Source: an uncultured candidate division Zixibacteria bacterium (GTDB lineage Bacteria; Zixibacteria; MSB-5A5; UBA10806; 4484-95). From it: a DNA stretch of 64,000 nucleotides. The position numbers and the translations under genes were made by a program. The DNA is taken from NCBI GenBank assembly GCA_963668625.2, contig CAXXKA010000008.1:768001-832000 (forward strand), in the 5' to 3' direction. The notes beneath the pieces were generated by a model that was given only the letters and a program-made list of their open reading frames with translations, did no database searches and was not told the DNA's origin. Below, piece by piece: positions 29,451 through 37,617 of the stretch. How positions within the stretch are numbered: the stretch's first letter is position 1; the number at the start of each line of letters is the position of its first letter.

Positions 29451-29668
29451 TAGCGCCGAAATAATGTTACTGAGGGAGATTGTTACCATGTGAGATATTC
29501 GTCTTTTGAATTGTCAACAGGCGTGATACGAAAAATCGAACAAACGATAATTACTTTCGCCGATATGGCCGGATTGTTACTTGATGATCGTCATATCGGC
29601 GTTTTTTATTCGTATGATTTACGATTTTTCCTTTGACTTTCGTTAACATTCTTTTAATAATCCTTTTC

Positions 29669-29965
29669 ATGCCGATAACTATCAACGATGTTGAGAGAAT
29701 AGCATCTTTAGCTAAGCTGAAATTGAATGAGAATGACAAAAAACGTCTGCTTATTGACCTTAATGATGTATTGGGTTACATGGAGATAATAACCGAGGTC
29801 GATACCAGGGGAGTAGATGCGTTTTCTTATTCGGACGATAGCGGCACAGCTTTAAGGGATGATACATTAACTCCGGGGGTTAAAAGCGAGAGCGCACTGA
29901 AAAACGCCCCGGCATCAAAGGATAGTTTAATTAGCGTACCCAGAGTAATTAATCCTCGCAAATAA
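29669..29965 (+). CDS. gatC: Asp/Glu-tRNA amidotransferase subunit C
   Basis: DVERIASLAKL, LRDD, ALKNAP, VPRV. Confidence 0.88.
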   Translation: MPITINDVERIASLAKLKLNENDKKRLLIDLNDVLGYMEIITEVDTRGVDAFSYSDDSGTALRDDTLTPGVKSESALKNAPASKDSLISVPRVINPRK

Positions 29966-30116
29966 TCTGTTTTTGAATCATTGCTTTAATCTGCCCGCCT
30001 GAAGGGCGACCTCGGCCGGTCAGCAAATTGATGATGGACTAATGTGAAATTAGTTGTGCTTTTATGCGTAAATTAAACCTAACTTTTAACGTTTAAACAG
30101 TTTTCAAGGAGGACAA

Positions 30117-30959
30117 ATGAAAAAACTGTTAATGATTTTACTTTTTGCCTCGCTCAGCATGATGTTCGTTATTACCGGCTGCAGCGATGATGATGGTGTA
30201 GCCAGCCTGTCTGATGAAGATATCGAAGCTATCGAGGGCCAGGCTACGATGGTGGTTTATGACATGCAGGAGAGTATTATCTCCGGCTTGACTTACGCTG
30301 ATCCCACGTCATTAGCTAAACCAGCTGATATGTCTGATTCAACATTTGAAGAGTATGATGCCGCGACCGGTTGGTTGTATCATTTCTATTCGCATAGTAC
30401 ATTCCTGGGCGATATTGATGGCGCTTATATGTCTATAAGTGGCGAGGAAAGCGATAGTGTTCGTATTGTCAGTAATGTTGGTCAGTATATGGAAACTCCT
30501 GATGAGACAACCGACACGCTTCAATTAAGGGGATATTACGAATTTGTTATAGGAATGTCGGATGATACGACGACCATTAACATGGAGATGATCTCTGGTG
30601 TCAATGGCGATTACAGCGGTTTGTCGGGCGCAATCATTACCGTAGATGGCGATTATGATAACTCCACGACCATGGAAGATGGCGAATCGACTTTGATATT
30701 CGATACCGAGGGTGACTACGACCAGGTTCAGATTACAAGCTCATCTGATTATGCAGGGGTGTACCCTCATGCCGGCTCCATGTCATCGAGCATGCATATC
30801 GAGGATTCCGTCTCAGATGACGTTATCGATGTCAATATGATTTTCACATTCAGCGCCACCGGTTACCATGGCGAAATGACTATCAACGGCGAAACCTTTA
30901 CCTGGGATGCTACCTGGGATGAGGTGGAAGCTATGGGTGTTATGTACGGCGGTATGTAA
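30117..30959 (+). CDS. Acidic uncharacterised lipoprotein, paralogue 1
   Basis: Lipobox ITGC; shares KPAD, DSVR, PDETTD and GY.G.MTI.G..(F/Y)TWD..W with 31445-32269. Confidence 0.8.
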   Translation: MKKLLMILLFASLSMMFVITGCSDDDGVASLSDEDIEAIEGQATMVVYDMQESIISGLTYADPTSLAKPADMSDSTFEEYDAATGWLYHFYSHSTFLGDIDGAYMSISGEESDSVRIVSNVGQYMETPDETTDTLQLRGYYEFVIGMSDDTTTINMEMISGVNGDYSGLSGAIITVDGDYDNSTTMEDGESTLIFDTEGDYDQVQITSSSDYAGVYPHAGSMSSSMHIEDSVSDDVIDVNMIFTFSATGYHGEMTINGETFTWDATWDEVEAMGVMYGGM

Positions 30960-30993
30960 ACCGTTGTAACAATCATGTGATACAACTTTTAAA

Positions 30994-31020
30994 GCTCGGC
31001 AATCGCCGGGCTTTTTTATT
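30994..31020 (+). terminator. Rho-independent terminator
   Basis: GCTCGGC-aatc-GCCGGGC then T run. Confidence 0.7.
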
Positions 31021-31153
31021 GATGCTAAAAAACACCGGTTTATCCGGTGTGTATGTTTAAAGCGAAGCATTCTCAAAAAGGAGGCAGGTTATCAGTAGCA
31101 ACGACTAATGCTCCTAATAGCAGTACTATCGTATATCTTTCATTGCTACGTAG

Positions 31154-31332
31154 GGGGTTGTTGAAAAAGCCATTTGTATGAGTCGCTGGACGGACGAAGT
31201 CCTTTGTTCATCTTTTTCCGGCGATATGCCGCCTATTCCAGGCGGGGGTTCGGACAGATCAGCGATCTGTCCTTACGAAAAGTTAGAATACCAATTGGAT
31301 CATAGATTCAAAATGGCTTTGGGGACAGCTTC
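31154..31332. mobile_element. MITE-like element with imperfect terminal inverted repeats and internal REP-like hairpin
   Basis: Left GTTGTTGAAAAAGCCATTT versus right (rev. comp.) GCTGTCCCCAAAGCCATTT; hairpin GGACAGATC-agc-GATCTGTCC; partial second copy at 24790-24860. Confidence 0.55.
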
Positions 31333-31382
31333 AGGATGTCTGCCAGACATGTAATTATTACTGAACAGTTTATACCTGTTTT

Positions 31383-31409
31383 TTAAGTCTGCCTTTTTTC
31401 ATCCGATAA
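31383..31409 (+). promoter_or_regulatory. Sigma28 (FliA)-like promoter
   Basis: TTAAGTCT-N11-TCCGATAA versus consensus TAAAGTTT-N11-GCCGATAA. Confidence 0.5.
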
Positions 31410-31444
31410 ATAAAATAAAAATATCAAATTGATAGGGAGGAAAA

Positions 31445-32269
31445 ATGCGCAAGACGTTAATTTCAAGTGGGATGCTTATACTGGGTATTATTATAGCTTT
31501 ATCTGGATGTAGCAGTACCACTGAAAGCACAATAGACTCGGAACAACTTGCCGAGAGCCTTCAAGCCCAGACAGATATGATGGTATATAGTATGAGTGGT
31601 TTTATGGATGATGGTATTGACTATGTGAATTACGGCGCAGGCTATACCAAACCTGCCGATACCTCGTATTTTACATTCGATAACCAGACCTACTGGTGGA
31701 CATACACCCGCGAGTGGACGCTGGCCTCTGAAAGTATGGATTGGACTATTGATGAACTCGATAGCGTCAGATTCAGGGCCGGTGATACTTATCAGGTATC
31801 TCCCGATGAGACCACTGACGGGCTCGAGGTACGTATAATCGGTGAGGATTTGATGTCGTTCACGATTGACTCCACCATGGGCGCTCAGTACGATATAGAT
31901 TTCGATTTCGACAATGCCGATAGCGATACAGTCGATGTAGACGGTACTTTCGATTATATCCTGGAGATAGTTATGGGCGATTTCGAATTCGCTTATGATT
32001 TCGATTGTGCTTACGATGAAATACGAATTGTAAATGATCCGACGGAATTCTCCTCCTACCCAGTATCCGGTACGATGACACTGAATGTCACCATATCCTC
32101 CAATGGCGACCAGGCAAGCGGAATACCCGAGGGAACCTGGACAGCCTCCGTGACCCTGACATTTACAGATGATGGCTATAGCGGTACGATGACTATCGAG
32201 GGCGATAATTATACCTGGGATTCCGACTGGAGCGATCTTAGCGGTGTACTACCTGTTAGCAGGCCATAG
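31445..32269 (+). CDS. Acidic uncharacterised lipoprotein, paralogue 2
   Basis: Lipobox LSGC; SD GGAGG; homologous to 30117-30959. Confidence 0.8.
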   Translation: MRKTLISSGMLILGIIIALSGCSSTTESTIDSEQLAESLQAQTDMMVYSMSGFMDDGIDYVNYGAGYTKPADTSYFTFDNQTYWWTYTREWTLASESMDWTIDELDSVRFRAGDTYQVSPDETTDGLEVRIIGEDLMSFTIDSTMGAQYDIDFDFDNADSDTVDVDGTFDYILEIVMGDFEFAYDFDCAYDEIRIVNDPTEFSSYPVSGTMTLNVTISSNGDQASGIPEGTWTASVTLTFTDDGYSGTMTIEGDNYTWDSDWSDLSGVLPVSRP

Positions 32270-32293
32270 TCTTTATAAGATGAATGCAAAAAA

Positions 32294-32347
32294 AGGCCGG
32301 TATCATACCGGCCAGGCTGTTGACAGATTAAGTCAACAGCCTTTTTG
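32294..32347 (+). terminator. Tandem hairpins / terminator
   Basis: GGCCGGTAT-c-ATACCGGCC then AGGCTGTTGAC...GTCAACAGCCT with T run. Confidence 0.6.
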
Positions 32348-32687
32348 TTTTTGATCATATTTTCGTTATCCCTTATATCAAGATTATCATTGTCCCAATA
32401 CGAGAAACGGGTAATCACTCGTCATGCTTGGCAGGATTGTAAAGAACTGATTAGAAAGAATATCCTTACGCCTCTGGGCAAGTATCTTCGGCATAGACGT
32501 CGAGAGACAGTTGAAGGTCACCTGGCAATGCTTGATGACCGCCATTGCTATGAACATTAAGAAGATAGCCTGCTTTCTTCATTATGTTATCTATTATTGG
32601 TTGGAAATTCGGTTAAATCCGGCGTTTTGACTTCAATAACTCGATTATACGCAATCTAAATTAATGATCCTTAAAAATACTACAAAA

Positions 32688-32720
32688 ACAAAAGGGAGTC
32701 TCGAAAAACTCCCTTTTGTC
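32688..32720 (-). terminator. Terminator of the FG-GAP gene (bidirectional)
   Basis: ACAAAAGGGAG...CTCCCTTTTGT. Confidence 0.65.
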
Positions 32721-32776
32721 ATCAGTCTTGGGCGATCAAAGACCGCTTGTTGGTAATTTAAACTGATTTAATTTTA

Positions 32777-34189
32777 TCATTTAATCAACACCATCCGTCT
32801 GGATTGGGAAATATCCCCAACATTCAAACGGTAATAATATACTCCACTGGATAATCCCAGGGCATTAAATGATACGGAATGCAATCCTGCCTGCCTGTCT
32901 TCCTCTATAAGTGTCAGGATTTTTCTACCAAGCAAGTCGTAGATATCCAGCGTTACGAAATGAGATCGTTCTATCGTAAATGAAATCGTCGTTGTCGGAT
33001 TGAAAGGGTTTGGGTAATTGGGCGAAAGGCGAATATTTTCCGGCAGGACTTTATCGGAAGATTCGCCGATTCCGGTTTGTATAAGATTTATTAATATCGA
33101 AACATCACCTGAATTGGTATTAGCAACAGCCAGATCGCTACTGCCATCGCTATTTAGATCCGCCGCAAACAACGAATTGGGTCTGGTCCCGACTTCGCAA
33201 TTTATCTCCTCCGGAAATGTGCCAAAACCGGTATTGAGCAGCACTGATATATTATTGGAAAATTTGTTAGCCACCGCTATATCATTATTACCATCGCTAT
33301 CAAAATCCGCAGTAACTACTGAAACCGGTCTATTCCCAACATCATAGTTGACCGCTGCCTGAAATGTCCCATTGCCGTTATTGATAAACACCGAGATATT
33401 ATTAGAGCCGGTATTAGCTACGATCAGGTCGTTATAGCTATCTCCATCAAGATCATCCGCGCAAACTGAATTAGGACCGTTTCCGGCCTCGTAATTAACC
33501 GCTGTCTGGAATGTTCCATCACCGTCATTATGCAGCACTGAGACATCATCCGAATACTTATTAGCTATAGCCAGATCATTATCGTTGTCTCCATCAAGGT
33601 CAATCGCGAAAACCGAATAAGGACCATCCCCGGTCTCGAATATTCCCACGGCCTGAAATATACCGTCACCGCTATTACGAAACACTGAGATAGAATCAGA
33701 GAACTCATCAGTCACGGCCAGATCGATATCACCATCGCCGTCTAAATCAACCGCAGCCACTGAATTAGGATCCTGCCCCGCCTCATAATTGACCGGCGTC
33801 TGAAATGATCCATCACCGTTATTGAAAAGCACCGAGACGTTGTTCGAAATAATATTGCATACGGCTAAATCATTGGAATTATTACCATCCAAATCCGCTG
33901 CAAATACCGAAACAGGACGATCCCCGACAGCATAATTAACCGCTGCCTGAAATGTACCATCACTGTTATTGTGAAGTATCGAAACGTCATCGGAATCCCA
34001 ATTAGCCACAGCCAGATCATTGTCACCATCTCCATCCAGGTCATTTGCGAACACTGAATAAGGAGAAGTTCCTGCTCCATAATTAACGGGTGAGGCAAAA
34101 AGTGAATCTTGCGCGGCAGCCTGATTTATTGGGACTACTATCATTGAAAGTAGTATTAAGGCAAATGTAAAACTCTTTGAAATATGCAT
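32777..34189 (-). CDS. Secreted FG-GAP/VCBS repeat protein with T9SS-like CTD
   Basis: Seven DLDGDGDxDLAVAN-type repeats; NYPNPFNPTT...LSSGVYYY. Confidence 0.9.
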   Translation of the reverse strand: MHISKSFTFALILLSMIVVPINQAAAQDSLFASPVNYGAGTSPYSVFANDLDGDGDNDLAVANWDSDDVSILHNNSDGTFQAAVNYAVGDRPVSVFAADLDGNNSNDLAVCNIISNNVSVLFNNGDGSFQTPVNYEAGQDPNSVAAVDLDGDGDIDLAVTDEFSDSISVFRNSGDGIFQAVGIFETGDGPYSVFAIDLDGDNDNDLAIANKYSDDVSVLHNDGDGTFQTAVNYEAGNGPNSVCADDLDGDSYNDLIVANTGSNNISVFINNGNGTFQAAVNYDVGNRPVSVVTADFDSDGNNDIAVANKFSNNISVLLNTGFGTFPEEINCEVGTRPNSLFAADLNSDGSSDLAVANTNSGDVSILINLIQTGIGESSDKVLPENIRLSPNYPNPFNPTTTISFTIERSHFVTLDIYDLLGRKILTLIEEDRQAGLHSVSFNALGLSSGVYYYRLNVGDISQSRRMVLIK

Positions 34190-34518
34190 ACATCCTCCCG
34201 GTATTTTTAAATTTATTAATCCCTGTGATTGAAAATTATTATGGATATCTTCTATTAAGGCTGCAGATAAAACTTATGTCAGTGCATACGCTCAATATAA
34301 TAGTATATCAAACAAGTTCAAGAGAATTATAAAAATTGATAAAATGTTTCAATAGATTTCGCTGATGTTAATCTTTCATTCGTTGGATTGTTTTCGCCAG
34401 ATATTCGTTTATCAAATAAGGGTTTTATCTTTTCATCTTTGAATTAATTATTTTAAATCATCATATTAACATCAATGTTAGGGATAACTATTGTTAGCTT
34501 TTACAATCAGGAGACACG

Positions 34519-34720
34519 GTGAGAATTGCTCATGTATTGGTTTTGCTTACTACAATTTTTATGTTTCCGTATGATATCTTGGCCTTTGATCCTCTCTTTA
34601 TACCAGAATCGATTATACGGTAAGACGGTCTTCCTGCTCAATAGAGTCAGCCGATTATGATAACAACCTGATAGTGTCTAATTTAAATTTCGCAAACATC
34701 TCTATCCTGGGAAAAAATCC
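34519..34720 (+). pseudogene. Decayed FG-GAP-repeat gene remnant
   Basis: AGGAGA SD + GTG + signal peptide ...ILAFDPLF; after a frameshift TRIDY...SIESADYDNNLIVSNLNFANISIL resembles one degenerate FG-GAP repeat. Confidence 0.5.
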
Positions 34721-34839
34721 ATTTCCGAGCGTTAATATATGCGTGTTTTTTCCCTTTTTGTTGACAATCCACATAAAATCATTAACTTAATATCAGTTGT
34801 GATTACCCGGATACCTCATCGATAAAGTGAGAATATTAA

Positions 34840-36066
34840 ATGAATAGATTAACAAAACTTATATTAACATCAGCATTGATATTGATAATTGCCTCGTTGA
34901 GCTGGTCATACGATACCGAGCATGTCGTAGTGGTGCTCATCGATGGCGTGAGATATACCGAAAGCTTCGGTGATACCACCGGAACCTATTGCCCGCGCTT
35001 GACCGCTTTGCAATCGCAGGGAGTCGTGCACGATTCGGCTTTCAATGATGTGGCAACTTATACCTCAATGGCCGTACCCGCTACCTTCATGGGCAGATTC
35101 TATGCGCTTCAGGATACATCGTACCTGGGCGAGGATGTTCAATTCTGCAGATACCCGACATTCTGGGAATACGCTCGCGCCGATTTAGGCCTTTCGGATA
35201 TCGATGCTATTTACATCACCCCCGACTATGGCTCCGGCACCTGGTTACCATCGTTTTACCCCGGATATGGCCCTGACTACTGGCCGTCATTTCATCAATC
35301 GGCCAACAGCGATGCCGCCGTATTCGATTCGGCACTAGCAGTAATAACGCGAGACCATCCGGTGATTAGCTATGTATATTTTCCGGAAACCGATCATGCC
35401 GGTCACACCGCTGATTGGAATTACTATATCTCCGCAATCAGGGAGGCGGACTCCTTGACTGCCTGTTTATGGGATTCCATTCAAGCCGATCCTGTCATGG
35501 CCGGCAAAACGACAATGATAGTGACAAACGATCATGGCCGTCACGATGATGCGCACGGTGGTTTTCAGGGTCATGGATGTGATTGTTTCGGATGCAGGCA
35601 CGTAATGTTGTTTGCCATAGGTCCTGATTTCAAACGAGGTGATCATGTCGATAGCCCCCGGGCCTCGATTACTGATATAGCAACCACTATCGGTGAGCTT
35701 CTGGAGTTCAATACGACATTCTGCACCGGAAGAGTACTACTCGAGATTTTCGGCGATTCCTACGATTATCTGCCCGGCGATTGCAACATGTACGCCGGTT
35801 CATGGCCGCCAGTCACGATCGGCGCGGATGTTACCTATCTGGTGAACTATTTCAGGGGTATTTCAACGCCCTGTTTGCAGGATGGTTTCTATGCATCGGG
35901 GGATGCTAATGGGGATTGCACTATTATCGGCAGTGATGTTACCTACCTGGTGAACTATTTCAGGGGCATCAACCCGGTTAATTACTGCCCCGATTATCCT
36001 CCCACCTGGTTATCTCCCGAGGATTTACCCGGTGAGGCGCCAAATACCTGGCCGGGATGCGAGTAG
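34840..36066 (+). CDS. Secreted alkaline-phosphatase/sulfatase-superfamily hydrolase with dockerin-like CTD
   Basis: VVVLIDGVR, DHAGH, TNDHGRH; YLPGDCNM...DVTYLVNYFRG twice...WPGCE. Confidence 0.82.
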   Translation: MNRLTKLILTSALILIIASLSWSYDTEHVVVVLIDGVRYTESFGDTTGTYCPRLTALQSQGVVHDSAFNDVATYTSMAVPATFMGRFYALQDTSYLGEDVQFCRYPTFWEYARADLGLSDIDAIYITPDYGSGTWLPSFYPGYGPDYWPSFHQSANSDAAVFDSALAVITRDHPVISYVYFPETDHAGHTADWNYYISAIREADSLTACLWDSIQADPVMAGKTTMIVTNDHGRHDDAHGGFQGHGCDCFGCRHVMLFAIGPDFKRGDHVDSPRASITDIATTIGELLEFNTTFCTGRVLLEIFGDSYDYLPGDCNMYAGSWPPVTIGADVTYLVNYFRGISTPCLQDGFYASGDANGDCTIIGSDVTYLVNYFRGINPVNYCPDYPPTWLSPEDLPGEAPNTWPGCE

Positions 36067-36183
36067 CCGATCGAGAAGTATATCCAGCGGACGAGTTGCA
36101 TGAATTAGAATAGTTCGAAATTACGCGACTATACGCTGTTTCCAGTATCTACCAGGATTTCAGTACTGTAACCAATATAGTAA

Positions 36184-37477
36184 TTAGTGTAAATTCAATT
36201 GTGTAAATTTGTATTTATTGATGTATTAAAGAATTACGGGTATATCCAGCAGAAAACGCTAATCTTCAAGGAGGATATACCCGTGAAACCACTTAGGTTT
36301 GCTGATGAAAATGTAGGTTATGTATTTGCCGGAGTCAAGAGTTATTGGGAGGAGGATGTTCGGGGTGTGGTGTTGAAGCATGCTCGCCGTCATTTGGAAC
36401 GGATGTTGAATGTTGAGTTTAGGATAGCGGTTGGCTGCGGAAAGTATGAGCGGAGTGAGGAGCGGGCGGATTATCGGAATGGTTATTACCGTCGGGGTTT
36501 GCTGAGTTTATACGGCTGGTTAGAGGAGGTAAAGGTTCCCCGGCTGCGTTATGGCAGCTTTGAGTCGAGTGTCTTGCGGAAGCACAAACGGCGTTCGCAG
36601 CTATTGGATCGGCTGATTTTAGAGGGCTTTCTGCTTGGTCATTCTACCCGCAAGACAGCACGGATGTTCAAGCGGGCCTATGGTGAAAGCATCAGCGCCC
36701 AGGCTGTCTCGAACGTAGTTAAGGCATTAAACGATGAGGTTGGCAGCTTCCACTGTCGGGCTTTGGGCGATGATTATCGTTTTATTCATCTGGATGGTTT
36801 ATGGGTGAAGATAACCTCTCCGGTTAAGGTGAAGAAGGTGTTGCTTGTGGCCTACGGTGTCCGTCACGATGGCAGCCGTGAGCTTATCGACTTCATGCTG
36901 GCTGGCTCTGAGAGCGAGGCCTACTGGTGGGGCTTTCTGTCGGATCTCAAGCAGCGAGGTCTGCGCGGTCATTTGTTGGAGGTTGTTGTTCACGATGGTG
37001 GTAAGGGGCTGATTAAAGCTCTGGCCGGGTTATATCCGCGGGTGAAATCACAGCAATGTGTCTTCCACAAGCTGTCGAATATCAGCCAGAATCTGGATGA
37101 ACGTAAAAACCGCAGCCGAATCACCAGGGATGCTGCTGCGGTCTATCAGGCCGAGACGGAGAAAGAGTTGAAGGCACGATTGAAAGCTTTCAAGGCCAAA
37201 TGGCGATTGAAAGAACCTAAAGCTGTTCGATCATTTATTCGCGGCTTTGATCGAACACTGATTTATCGAGAATATGCTGAACCTGAAAGAACTCAAATAA
37301 AGACCAATAATCCTCTGGAGCGATATCTGGAGGAATTGCAAAGGAGGATAAAACCGTTCAGGAAATTTGTTAATGCCAAAAGTGTTGATCGAATCGTTTA
37401 TGGAATAGTCGCTTATGTGCTGGATAACCGAAAATCTGAAAATCATTACAAATTTACACAATTCCCTTGATAAGATC
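36184..37477 (+). mobile_element. IS256-family insertion sequence
   Basis: TIR core AATTGTGTAAATTTGTA at 36197-36213 and its reverse complement at 37447-37463; direct repeat ATATAGTAA at 36175-36183 and 37478-37486. Confidence 0.88.
36283..37470 (+). CDS. IS256-family transposase
   Basis: YRNGYYRR, VPRLR, LDG, DGGKG, QQCVFHK, TNNPLER; AGGAGG SD before GTG 36283. Confidence 0.92.
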   Translation: MKPLRFADENVGYVFAGVKSYWEEDVRGVVLKHARRHLERMLNVEFRIAVGCGKYERSEERADYRNGYYRRGLLSLYGWLEEVKVPRLRYGSFESSVLRKHKRRSQLLDRLILEGFLLGHSTRKTARMFKRAYGESISAQAVSNVVKALNDEVGSFHCRALGDDYRFIHLDGLWVKITSPVKVKKVLLVAYGVRHDGSRELIDFMLAGSESEAYWWGFLSDLKQRGLRGHLLEVVVHDGGKGLIKALAGLYPRVKSQQCVFHKLSNISQNLDERKNRSRITRDAAAVYQAETEKELKARLKAFKAKWRLKEPKAVRSFIRGFDRTLIYREYAEPERTQIKTNNPLERYLEELQRRIKPFRKFVNAKSVDRIVYGIVAYVLDNRKSENHYKFTQFP

Positions 37478-37617
37478 ATATAGTAACTAATCCAAATTTA
37501 AGCTTGACATAATCGTCTATATCCATAACTTAAAATAGTAATACTTCAGTTTTAGAAATAGTGGAGTTTTTAATCAAAATGCTGTTAATATTGTAACAAC
37601 CTCATTCAGGTGGATGT

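Noticed and set aside
29966-30116. Possible riboswitch upstream of the lipoprotein
   Set aside because: Short GC patch only; no recognisable aptamer consensus or expression platform
32345-32560. 71-aa ORF and similar short intergenic ORFs (18456-18692, 23792-23974)
   Set aside because: No SD or motifs; they overlap terminators or promoters
33100-34100. Periodic nucleotide repeats resembling an array
   Set aside because: Explained by coding FG-GAP repeats; no CRISPR repeat-spacer structure or cas genes
35760-36066. Near-identical repeat GATGTTACCTA(T/C)CTGGTGAACTATTTCAGGGG as a DGR template/variable pair
   Set aside because: It is the duplicated dockerin motif; no adenine-specific variation and no reverse transcriptase in the window
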